DNA from: Chlorokybus atmophyticus
Taxonomy: Eukaryota; Plantae; Mesostigma and Chlorokybus algae
Assembly (NCBI GenBank): GCA_009103225.1
Contig: RHPI01002888.1
Location: 62,001 to 126,000, forward strand
DNA: 64,000 bases
Reading direction: 5' to 3'
The notes under the pieces are model-generated. The model did not search any database, had not been told where the DNA came from, and saw only the letters and a program-made list of their open reading frames with translations. Made by a program: the position numbers and the translations under genes. Below, piece after piece: positions 10,698 to 22,810 of this stretch (positions are counted from its first letter, which is position 1; each line of letters starts with the position of its first letter).

Positions 10698-13600
10698 TTA
10701 CTGCTGATTTTCTCTAAGCTTAACAAACACCGCGGTAGTTCGCCCTGGGACAGTGATGGCTCCGTTGTCAAACTTAGCTGTTCGCACGACAGAATCTGCA
10801 GAGTCCTGCTGAATCTCGTGGAGCTTTAACGTCTCATTGTAGAAGTCCTGGTGCCTGAACACGACCTCCCCGGGTCTCGCATTGAAGGCAACCACCACCT
10901 TCTTGTACCTGCATAGGCCGGTGTTCGTTACAACATGCGCACACACGCACACACATGTACGCGCGTGCGGACGCGCTCGAGCACACACATGCACATGCAG
11001 GGCACAATATGTTGCCGTTCAATGTGCTGCTTTTGCACGTACTGTGTGTCGAGTTGGGTCAAGCCAGGAATGCCCTCGTCACCGTCAATGATGCTCATCA
11101 CAATCAGGCCGGGCACTGCAGCTGGGCCAGAGTTCTGGAAGGTAACTCTGGCCTGAATGGCAGGGGCGGTCGGCAGCCGGAAGAGTGGAGAGGACATGCG
11201 GATTGCTAGCATCTGCGTGAATATTAAAGAAAGCTGTATACTAAGCTGAAGTAGAGAAGAACACTGCGGCTTGTGCTTTGTACGACTATCAGGGCTATAA
11301 GCAAGTTACCCAACAATGCCTGCATAGCCTCTTGAAGCTTTATTGTAATCAACATGAGGTGTCTCTCAAAAGCCCAATAGCTGCGTCCGACATACACCAC
11401 GACCTACCTCGCACATGTTGTCCACCGTGGCTTCAATGTGTTCACGGCGAGGCTTAAGGTCTGGGTTTGATAGCAGCTTGCGCATCCTACAAGGTTGGTT
11501 AGGTGTAAGAGGATTAGTACGTCATTGTGGTTGCCTCCGCTAGCGTCCAACTTTACAAGGCCAACAACGAGCTACCATTATCAAAGAAGCAGCTTCATCT
11601 TACCTGTCCCATGAGTTGAAGTTCTTCTCCTTTGGAGGCAGGCCAACGGCAAAGTTGTTGGCCTCATAGCTGAAGTCCAGCTTGTTGAACCAGTCTCCGG
11701 AGTTGTAGCTGTCGCGGTCGAGCGATTTGGATCGCAGCACCTCGTCTCCGGCATGAAAGAATGGCACACCCTGTGACCAGTTTCAATAAGCGATCACGTC
11801 TTCATTACATGTATGTGTGTTCCGTCCAGGTTGATCTGTCTGTACTACCTGAGAAAGTGCAATGATGGAAGTCGCCAGCCAGTTCATGCGCACACGCTCC
11901 TCCAGTGTCACCTCCAGCGGCACCTATTGATTTATGCATGAGGTACATACAGTTGCTCCGACATACACCTTGTAACAGACATGCGGCATGTTGCGTTGAT
12001 ATGTGCGCTATGTTGCTTACCTTCAACATGATGACATCAAAGAGGGTTTCATTGTCATGGGCAGACACATAGTTCACTGTTTCCTCAGGGCTGTTAACCA
12101 TTGCAAGATGTGGTCAGCTGCGACAACAGCAGTATGAAAAGGGGGAATGGATAAAAAGGCTTTGCATTACCTGCCAGCATAGCCACAGGGTGCCCCGCCA
12201 CCCACTTTGACGTCCCAGCAAGTGAGTTCAGAACCATCGCAATTCACGATCACGTAGTCCCGCAGGTTGCCGGCCAGCCCAGCCTAACAGGACAATACCC
12301 AAATAAGTACACCTTGCACAGTGTGTTGGCATATCAAATATGCTGTGCATTGTCATAAGATCACATGAAGGCCTCACCCTGATCCAGTCGGTCTGATACG
12401 CCAGCTTGCGAGCTTCGTGCTCGGCGCCGCCCTGGTCAAAGCCGTTGTTTTGCAGGGAAAGGCCTGTGCAGAATCCTTGCTCCCTGATGTCACCAAAGGG
12501 CGTCCCGCCCGTGGAAGCCTCACGGATGCGATCGTTGAAACTGCAACACAGCAGTTAGTATGTGAAGAGAAGAGCTCATGAAGCAACGCTCAAGCAACCA
12601 TCATGGTCCAGGAATGGATGGGTTGCGTACCTGCCAATGCCTGTGCCAGGCAAGTTGAGCTGTGCTGCGTTCACACCTCTCTGATTGTTGGCTACCTCGC
12701 CAAAGTCCCAGCCCTCGCCATACAGGTAGATGCTTCTGCCATCCACACCATCCTACACAATGGCCAAAACACATTGGCCATGCGCATTGCAAGTTGTTGG
12801 ATGATATGAGACTCCAACGAAATCATGTAGTGCGCATAAAGCATACGCATGCTTACCCCCTCAATAGTTAGACTCTGCAGGCGTTCCTTCGCTTCAACCA
12901 TGGTGCTCTTCATGAGGTGGCCCATAAGATCGAAGCGGAAGCCGTCGATCTTGTAATCCTTGGCCCAGTGGAGGAGGTCGTCCTTGATGAAACGGTCAAA
13001 CATGTAGTGCTCGCTGGCCGTGTTGTTCATGCAGGTGCTGTTCTCGATGTATCCATCCAAGTTGCGGCGCACATAGTAACCGGGCACAAGCTGTGCAAAC
13101 AAAAGCAGAGTTTGGGACACAACCGTTGATGAGAGTTGCAGAATGAGCACACTTGAATCCTTCATGCAGACATATGCAGACACTCTTGCATGTGCGTGAA
13201 TATGCCCATACAGAGCAGTGATCTGATTGTCAAGGCACAACACAGGCAGGGCGATCGAACCTTATCAAAAGTGGAGTAATCGCCATGCGGTCCAGAGCTG
13301 CTCAAGTGGTTGTACACCACGTCCATAATCACGCGCCATCCCATCTTGTTCAAAGCCTGTCCAAGACATACGCAGCTCGAGACATATGCTTGTTGGCTAA
13401 TTGTCTTAGAATGTGGTGAAATCAGCTGCAACTAATGGGTGAGAGACATGCAAGGCTCATGATTAGCTTACCAGAATCATCTTGCGGAACTCAAGGATGC
13501 GAGGGAGACCGTTGGGATCAGTGGCGTAGCTGCCCTCCGGAACACCATAATGCGCAGGGTCATACCTTCGTAGCGCATGCATTTGTCAACAAACAATGTA

Positions 13601-16600
13601 CAAAATCCCCCCAGAAACTCATGCATGTCTGGCAACACCTCTTCTTCCCCAATGAGTACGTTAGTAAGTAGCAAGTACTCACCCCCAGTTGTAGCCATCG
13701 TCATGAGCGATGGTGGCAACAGCGGCCTGCTGCTCCTCTGAATCCGGACCAAACTGCGACAGATCGTTCTCTGAAAACAAGCTCAATCAGTGCGTGTGCT
13801 ACAATGTGTCCTTAACATCCCTCTAACTTCGCAAGCAGACATATGTTCACCTGGTGCCTTCCACATGCTCCTGTTCTCATTGACTGTTGCAAAGTCGAAT
13901 GTCGGCAACAGGTGCACGTGCGTAATGCCATGCTGGGCGAGCCGCCTGAGGTGGTTCACTCCAGAAGAGTCCTGCATGTGCAATTATGAACACTATGACA
14001 CAAGTGTAGCTCTTGCAACATTTGACGTGTTTACAACATGCACACCAACAAGCACACACTAACCTCGGCAGCAAACGCGAGGTAGGTGCCTCTCAGATTC
14101 GGGTCCAAAGACTCATCCATGGCGCTGAAGTCGCGGATGTGAAGCTCATAGATTGCCATGTCATTGGGGCGAGTGAAGGGCGGCTTGACGCTGTTGATTT
14201 CCTCCCAGCCCTCAGGGAAAGTAGATGGATCATTGATGTTCAAGATGTGCGTCCGCTCGCCATTTGCTGACAAGCTGCAGATGCATGCAAATCAGGCACC
14301 TAGTCATGATGGACTTGAGCAACTTGTATGGACAAAAGTACAGTATGTGGCAGACATAAGACGATCGCGTCCCTTGCAAGCAATGGCGTTTACGCAGCTG
14401 ATGCACGACATAATAAGACCTCTTGGCATGCACTTGCGATGCAAGGTTGTGCCAGGATTGCGCATCTTGGCGCACACAGTGACAGTTGCAGATGTGGCAC
14501 ACCTCCGGGAGTAGGGGTCTGTTGCATAGCTGGTTTCCACCTTGTTTGTCCATGGGCAAAACACCTTCACTTCGTACTTGAAGTACCGATTGTGCCAGGT
14601 GGTAGGTCCGACAGCGAACCAAACGCCACCGTTGCGCTGCATCTTGACAGTCTCCATTGGCTCACCGCCTACATCACAGACACCAATTAACAGTAAATGC
14701 TTCAGACTGGCAGTATTTTGCCAAAGGACTTATGCACATTGACAACTGGCACAGCTGCAGGCAATGCTGCTTGCATGGCAACCACAGGAGCACCTGAGGG
14801 CTTGTCGAAGAACTGCACCGCCAGGGCCTGTGCTGTTGGTGCCCAGACCGCCAAAGTAACATTGGTGTCGTTGCAGATGATGCCGAGCTGGCCATCATAC
14901 TTGAAGACATCATCCAAAATGCCTGTACCAAGATTAAGTAAGAAAGCACTGCTTGCAACAACCGGAAATTCTTACAAGAAGATGCACGGAAAGATAGAGT
15001 GAGCCTGCATGTGCTTGGTCACGCCATGACCAGACCAGTGACCATGCCAGTCAACCCACCTGCCAGCTGAACTCCTGTAGCATCCAAAGGCTTGCCGTTC
15101 CTGTCAGCAACACCAAGGGCCAGCTGGCACTTGACCAAGTCCTCGACATCACCGTCTGTAGGGGTGAACGTCAGTGCCGTATAGTCTTTCAGATGAGGCC
15201 ACTTCGCCAGGAGCTTTGATGGAATGCCGGTGTCACTGACCCTGAGCTCCACCTGAAGCAAGGGCATATTAGCTGGTCAAATTCAACTCTTGCATTGTTC
15301 TCTCAAACGACCAGCAGAAGCTCAAGTTGCCTCCACGTACAAGCGCACCTTGCGCTCAGAGTTTGTGATACCCTCCCCAACGATGTCCATGTTGGAGTAG
15401 TAGCAAGAGTGCAGAGTGTACTCCTTGAAAAAGCCATCCGGCGTGCGGTTCTTGCCAGGAACAACGATGACATTTCTTGAAATCCACAGCGCCTGAGCCT
15501 TGTGCAAGTCTCCCTGCACACCGCCATTAGCAAATGACCAACACGCACGACAACCCAATGCAGCACAGTGACTCTGCACTGATAGGATCATGAGTACCTT
15601 TGGCAATGCACTCAAGTCTGGCTCTTGCTGCCAGACCTTCCCACCGCCCATCACCAACCAGTACTCCTGGCTGTCTCCAATTTTCAGCTCTCCCTACAGG
15701 AGACAGTGCATCAACTGTGTCAACGACATGCGCATGCAACGGATGCAATTGTTATGGAAGCAATATACTTGTCATAGAAACTGATGAGGTTGTTGCTGGC
15801 TTATAACAACTAAAAAGGACCTGGCAGTCCTTGTCTTCTCCCTTATGCACCAAGAAACCAAATGAGTCAGCATTTTCCATCAAAGGGACGTCGAAGTAAG
15901 GCCCGAACGCATCTTGACCAGTGGGTTGCAGCGCGCCATCCCAAGACGTTGGTGTGACTACATCACCCCACACATGGAGACCCCATCCTTCATACTCTTC
16001 GTCATCTCTAAACACAAGCAATGCACTCAGTTACAATTGTCAGCTTACTGCTGCATGTTAGCAAGAATGGACACCAGTCGGCAGCAATTACTACCAAACT
16101 TCATTGGCTACCATGGGTGTGCAGCATGTGTGACCAAGGCAATTGTGCAGTGTGCAAACCTGTGGTAGTGAATGCGTGCTGTCAGCGTGGCGGTCTTTGT
16201 TTCTGTCGCCTGCTCAGCGGCTTGAGCAGCACGAACAGTGCGCGGTCCACGACTTGCTGTTGCGCAAGCACCCTTGTTTTGAACCTGTCCGCATAACCAC
16301 CGGTTAACCAATGCAATAAACTGGCATAAGCATAACAGTCATCAAAAAGACCAACTCTAGTAAAAGTAGTATATATGTATGGCTGGAGCACAACTGCATC
16401 ATACATTTTATAAAGTCGCATCGCATGCAGTGGTGCAATGGCACGCAAAACCTTCACAATGCTATTGCTACTGCAACTGTGCGTAAGGCAGCATGCGAAA
16501 TGCAATACTATAGCCACTTGCAATTGTGAACTACTATTGCAGTCGTGACATTGCTATGCAAGGCATGGGGATCAGTTCGAGGGTTGTCACGGGTACTGAT

Positions 16601-17588
16601 AACATACACGACAGCATCTATGCTGTCGTGCGCTATAGTGAACAGGTAAAACGAGATCCCACAAGCATGCTCGCGTTGCAAGCGTATTAGTGCCAAGTGC
16701 TACAGCTACAACCAATGCAGTGTCCCAACTAGCATGCACTTATCAGACAGCATGCACAATGCACGACTGCAAAAGCATTGCATCATGACATAAGGTACCC
16801 GTGGCAGGCTTTGCCCCAGGAAGCCACCTCTGGCAGAGAGCGGCTGTGCTCTGGAAGCAACTGCTGCAGGCTTCCGCTCGGCTCTGCTGGAGGCGACGGC
16901 GCTGCTGACAGCTGTCGTGGCGCGTACAGCGCACTGCAAACGCACAATGCAAGTACACAATCAGCGGACGAAACGAAGGCACAACGTGGTAACACAGTTG
17001 CCAAGCATCGTGGGCTTGTGCGGCAGTTCAACGGTTGACTGGACGACGATGCAGCGTACACACTGCTATGACAGCCCAACCACGAAGCTTCGTGCAGGTG
17101 AATGCATGAAAGATGACAGCATTCTCACCCAACTGCAACTGATGACCACTAGGCCAGCAGGTCACCGTTGAAAACTGTACCGTACGATAGCGAGAACCAA
17201 GCCAGCTTGCAACAGCTGGCATTGTCACGTGTGAGGGCAATGCGTGGGTGTACATGTATGAAACCGTACATTGCGACACACAGTGCATGCGGCTGCAGTA
17301 TCTGCATGGCAGGAAGTTCACATTGGCCTTAACCAATGCACAATGCGGGCATGCAGCACCCCGTATGAGCTTGCCGACAAGCTGCTAGACTAGACTCATC
17401 AGCCGGAGCCAAGCAAGCAGCATTGGGTTGGTTGGCATGTGCTTGAAACGGCTGCTCTGCATTGAAGCCAAACAGCGCCACCCCAGGCTGCACACCACGG
17501 GCCAGACAGCGACACGCACAAGCGGCTTTGCACGCAGCATTACGCCCAGAATGTAGCTCACCGGCAGAACTGCTGCACACGTCTTCAT
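10698..17588 (-). CDS. PU1: Plastid pullulanase / limit dextrinase (GH13) with N-terminal CBM41-like module
   Basis: Exons encode [113 protein letters not shown]; stop at 10698. The N-terminal exon ([18 protein letters not shown]...) resembles a chloroplast transit peptide. The first exon is uncertain: ATG at 17588 (MKTCAAVLP|GTGAGC) or 17222 (MPAVASW...). Confidence 0.9.
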
Positions 17589-18272
17589 GCTCACCGCTCC
17601 ACCAGGCACCGTCAACGCCACCTTCCCCGTCGCCCACGTCGCCGCCCCACACCACCAACCAGCACTACGTAGCAGCAGCGAGCAGCTCACTTGGCTAACA
17701 ACCACGGTTACACTTTAACATCTAGCCAAACCTCTGATGTGTGACACTGTGTCACAGCATGATGCAACATTTCAATTCCATCCACGTCCGTGAACGATTG
17801 CTTGCCATTGTTATATACTTGGGGTCACACAAGTGTCTAGTTATTCATGTAGTTGCGTAGGCAGTTAGAGTTAACTGCGATCGTCGGTGAGAATGCAATG
17901 ATGTCTCAATACACTGCATAACCACAAAGCAATGGGTCGATCTTCTTTGTGACGTAGTTTCTGGCCCCCAGATTCGCGCTGAGGCCTTTTCCGTGGTTTC
18001 GGCGTTTCCCGCGTCTCCTCAGATTCCTCCGCTGGCTTTGGCATTCTCCGGGCTTTTCCTCGGATTCTCCCGCGGCTCAATGGTGAAACACACGGTCCAA
18101 TTTCACGCTAATGCGAGCCCTCGGATTTGATTCCAGCTTCATTCCGGCTTCCGTCTAGGCTTCCGTTTCGTAGCGTGTTGGGGGAGTACAAGGGACTAAC
18201 TTCCAGACTGCAACTACCACAGCCAGGCCAATTGGCCTGAGGCCAGGCCAGGCCAGGCGGCGTGTGGTGGCA

Positions 18273-21200
18273 ATGGATCCGCTGCTGATGCAGCAGTTCT
18301 GGGGTTACAGTCCGGCTCTGGACTTCAGGGTGCTGGGCGGGCTGCTGGAGGGGAAGGGGAAGAAGCAGGAGCAGGAGCAGGAGCAGCTGCTGGTCTTGCA
18401 GGCTGGAGCAGGGGATTGCCGCCACCTTCTGACCACATTGTGCATGACAGCCAGGCATCAACCATCAAATCAGGTAGCAAAGCTCATTCTGTTGTGTGTT
18501 TATGCTGCTGCATGCTGAGTAGTTTTAGTAAAGGGGCCNNNNNNNNNNNNNNNNNNNNNNNNNNNNNNNNNNNNNNNNNNNNNNNNNNNNNNNNNNNNNN
18601 NNNNNNNNNNNNNNNNNNNNNNNNNNNNNNNNNNNNNNNNNNNNNNNNNNNNNNNNNNNNNNNNNNNNNNNNNNNNNNNNNNNNNNNNNNNNNNNNNNNN
18701 NNNNNNNNNNNNGGCATTTGCTTGAGAGTGGCGCTTCGGAGAGTCAATAAGCATGTGTATGAACCCGGTTGATTGCAGGTATGTGAATTGTGTTGCAAGA
18801 TGAAATGTCCAGGTGTTCGACTCGCCTGATATTGGTAACTGTCGAAGTGTGAAAGTGCATGAGTATATAAAGCTCTTACTACACCGGAACAGGTGTTGTT
18901 TGCAAGTCTAGTACCAACTCTGTTGCCGGTTGACAGTATGATTGTACTCCAGTACGTCAATGTACTGGGAGGAAGGCCTTCGGAAGCAGAATTCGGTCAC
19001 GGTAGCGGTTTGCAGCAAGCATGCGCATTTGCACATGCGAATGTCGTTGTAAGGGCGCGCGTGCGCACACACGCGCGTTACAAGAAGTAACTGTGTAAGT
19101 ATGGCCGCCCTGTGAGTACATTTCTACGACAGCTTATGAAGAGTAAAGTACCTTTTCTGGCGCAAGTCCATGCACCATCAGCTCTGTGAACTTGCCAGTG
19201 TGACTAGCAACCCTTTACCAGATGTCCCTCCAGTGCTACAACAGTTTGGTAGTCTGCTACTCTTGCCAACTGGTACTGTCAGTTGACTCAGTGCCACCGC
19301 TGCTGGCACTGAGACAGTTGACAGTGCCAGTTGTAAGACTACTAGTACAGCTGCATCAGTAACTCCTGGCATGGCTTACTCCTACAGCACAGCATTCACG
19401 ACCTCACTTGCTGGACATTTATTGTGATGTACTCACCACGCTGCCACACCGCAGCACAAGTACAATGATATGGTGTTATAGTTGCCAACAAGGACAGCAG
19501 TAGGTGTGACAATGCAAGCATCAGCATCAGTAGATTCAGCAAGCAGCACGTGGCGATATGGATACCCTCTCCAACATTAAGTGTGGTTTTGATGTGTTGC
19601 AGCATGATGATAGGCTAGCGATTAGCCAGCGAGTGGTCGTGTACACTCATGAAGACGATGTGGCAACGCTCGCCCGCCAGCTGCTGCTCATCAGTGTGGC
19701 CACAGACACCAGCCTTCATGCACGCGGTAGGGCCAAGCAATGTACAACATATGCTTGGCCTGATTCATGTGTTAGCTGATGTATCCTGATAGTCTCGTTG
19801 CGCTGACCTTCGACATGTGTATTGCACAGAGCGTGTTGAGTTGTTCTTGGAGCTGCACGGCAACTGTATGCTACGCGACAGCACCGCAGCTTACTTAGAG
19901 GTACTCAACTTGTTGTTGTCAATCAACTCAGTCTGTACTGCATCCTATACTGTACACGCGCACGCACGCACGCATGTACACATACAGGCACCCCCATACC
20001 TACACACACGTGCGCGCACACATGCGCATGTGTTTGTACAGAAGTGCGCGTGCCCGTGGGTGATTGTATGTGCGCGCGCGCGTGTGCATGCTCGCGCGTG
20101 TGCTTGCACGCGCATGTACACAAATGAGCTTCAGGCATGGTACTCAGCTTAGCCGCACATGCATTGCAGGATCAAGCACAACTACTAGCAGAGGTTGTTC
20201 TTCAAGCGCACTCAATTGACGAGCAAGGCAGCAAAGCCATTGAACGTATGGCTGTAGTTCAGAAGCTGTTTGACCTCAGCCAACTGAAGGTAAGCATTAT
20301 CATTACACAGTCCGTTTGGACTGTCATGTCATGCTCAGCTGCGGCTTCCGCACCATTGCAGGGTGAGATGCAATCTCACAACTGCGTGTCATGTGCAAAT
20401 TTGCCGCCAGTACAGGGAGCGTGACGACCTTGTAGACACATTGCGCTCGTGGAAACGAAATGTGCTGTGCGACATGTCGGCCATGCGCGAATGGCGTTTG
20501 CGGAAGCATTATGGCGACAGATACGATGCACGCCGCAACCTGGTATGTTGTTGCTGGTTGGATGGGATGGGTGCGTGCATATGGCAATACGCACATGCGC
20601 GTGTGTTGTGTTGCTTTGACTCCACGTGTGCTTAGTTGGGGTCTGATCTCGCTGCCCCAGGTTGATTGGGATTACCACATGCGGCTTCAATCTGTGGCAT
20701 CCATTGTTCACTTCAAACAATACAGGTGAGCACGGAGTGCGTGACACCTTGCACCTAGATGTTATCCTGACCTTGCCCAGCTTTGCTTATATGTGTACTG
20801 ACTTGTGTGTGCTGATAACAGGGAGTGGCGGGAGTTGGGGATTGCATATGAAGTGCGTGAAAGCACTTACACTGTAGCAAACAGGTCCCTTGTGTCGCAT
20901 GCCGAAGGTACACAATCAACAACATCGATATCACACAGTGTCATGATGACGACAAAGTAATTGTGTGGGTTTGTTGTCTGTGCTCAGGCAGGACAATGGA
21001 GCATAAGGACAGGGTGGGTCGCGAGCACGGGCGCTCGGTGCTGAAGCGGGGCTTCTGGGGAGACATTATCAATTGCCCGTACCTGGCATTTGGTATTGAG
21101 GCAGAAGACAAGGACTTGTTCAAGTTGTGAGTATGACAATGAAACCTTCTCACATTGTGTGCATGCGTGTGCGCATGCGTGTGCACATGTGCATGCGCTT

Positions 21201-22111
21201 GCTTGCATGTGTATCTGCGGACGTGTGTGCGTATGTGTGCGTGTAGTGGTGGTTGTTCAATGGCTTATCTCCGTGTCGGCTTCGGTCTAGGTCCAACAAC
21301 CAGCACGTCAAGACAGCCGTGGACGTGGCAGAGTACAACTTGACGGCGTTGCTACACGCGCTCAAGTCTGGCAGTGTTTACCAACACAACGAGTCCAAAG
21401 CGCCGAAAGAGTTCGCGCACGAAGAAACAATTAACAATGACGATGCGTGCACATCACATGATACAGCGTCTTCATCACAATACGAGCAGACAGTTCCTTC
21501 TTTAGCTGATACGGGTAATCAGACTGAACAGCACGCACACCAGGTGGTACCAGACAGTGACTTCAATGAAAATGCTGTCATGCGCCAGTCTTCGAATGAG
21601 GAAAGCAGCTGTTGCGGGTTTGATAGCCCTGAAGCATCTGCGGCTGTATCGAGCATGCACTGCATTCTCACGTGCGGCGATGTTGGCAAAACGCTGTTAA
21701 CCAAAGCCAAATTGAACGGGAGGTTCCACCTTGTCGTTCTCGGATACAGGTCAAGAGTGTTGTGTGGCGGGTGTAATGTTATGTTGCGCATTGTTCTGCG
21801 GCGGGTTGTTGCATTGCGTTGGGTTGGGTTGGTTAGGTTGGGTTGGTTGAATACACATTGTCATGCTGCGGTCTGACAGTTGGTGTGTGTGCAGGGATAT
21901 ACACTGGGTTCAGAAAGGGCTGGAGAAGGTGGCTGCGCCCGGAGCGGTGTTGGTGTTGGAGGGTCCAAAGTACTTGACGGAGCTGAAGAAGGAGCAGGCG
22001 GATGAGGCCAGGAGCAAACTTGTCTCGCTCGTGCAGTCATTCGGCTGGCGGCAAGTCGCTCAGAATGCAGGCTTAGATGATGCGCACATTGTCCTCACAC
22101 TGGCAAATTAG
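18273..22111 (+). CDS. DNAAF3: Dynein axonemal assembly factor 3 (PF22-like, DUF4470/DUF4471)
   Basis: FWGYSPALD, LQAGAGDCRHLLTTL, TLARQLLL, ERVELFLELHGN, ERDDL, RLRKHYGDRYDARRNLVDWDYHMRL, RGFWGDIINCPYLAFGIE, HVKTAVDVAEYNL match the DNAAF3 family. An N-gap lies in intron 1. Confidence 0.88.
18539..18712. other. Assembly gap (174 N)
   Basis: Run of N. Confidence 1.
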
Positions 22112-22810
22112 ATGTTGGTGTAGCTCGCATTTGCTTAAAGCCCTTCCCGACCAGCGCTGAATGCCCATAAAACATGCAGCTTGAAAGATTTGCACATTTG
22201 ACCGGTGCTGATGGTGTTTTTCATCTAGCCATCTAGCCAAGATGCTTGGGAAGATTCAACGTAATTGAATGCTCTGGGAGCACACAGAAAAGAGGAAGCA
22301 TTGACAAGCATTGACAAGCAGCTTACATGGTGATAGGTGGCTGTGTGGTCCATACCTTATGGTCCATCACACACAAGCTCATTGTCACCTATGTTTGCAA
22401 ACGTACATATGCACATGCCATGTTAAGCAGCTACAAGTACTGAGAAAATCTATAGCACAATTCAATACCGTTTATTCAACACACAAATGCACCGGGCCGG
22501 CGGAGATCATAGGTAACTCCCCAAGCATGATCTACACTCGAGTGAACGTGCTTCTATGGAAAGTGACCAAGCCACAGCTGGGAAGTCGTAATTGTTCGTG
22601 TAATATACATCGTTGCACATACAGCACCACCGCCATATACAGCACCTTCCTCGTTGGGTGATCAAGGCTTGGCCAACGCATCAAGGCAACATGAAACCTT
22701 CATCATCTTGCACTCGGACCGACGGGGGAAAGAAGAATGTCTGTACAAACTCTGCGCCTGCTGCCTTGACACTGCACGCGCATGGCAAAGCAGCAGACAT
22801 GCAGCAGGGG

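Noticed and set aside
216-17588. NOS and pullulanase as a functional cluster or operon
   Set aside because: They are intron-rich, convergently transcribed eukaryotic genes with no shared pathway or regulatory evidence.
18416-18960. ORFs containing long X runs (also 61185-61688)
   Set aside because: Artifacts of translating across N gaps.
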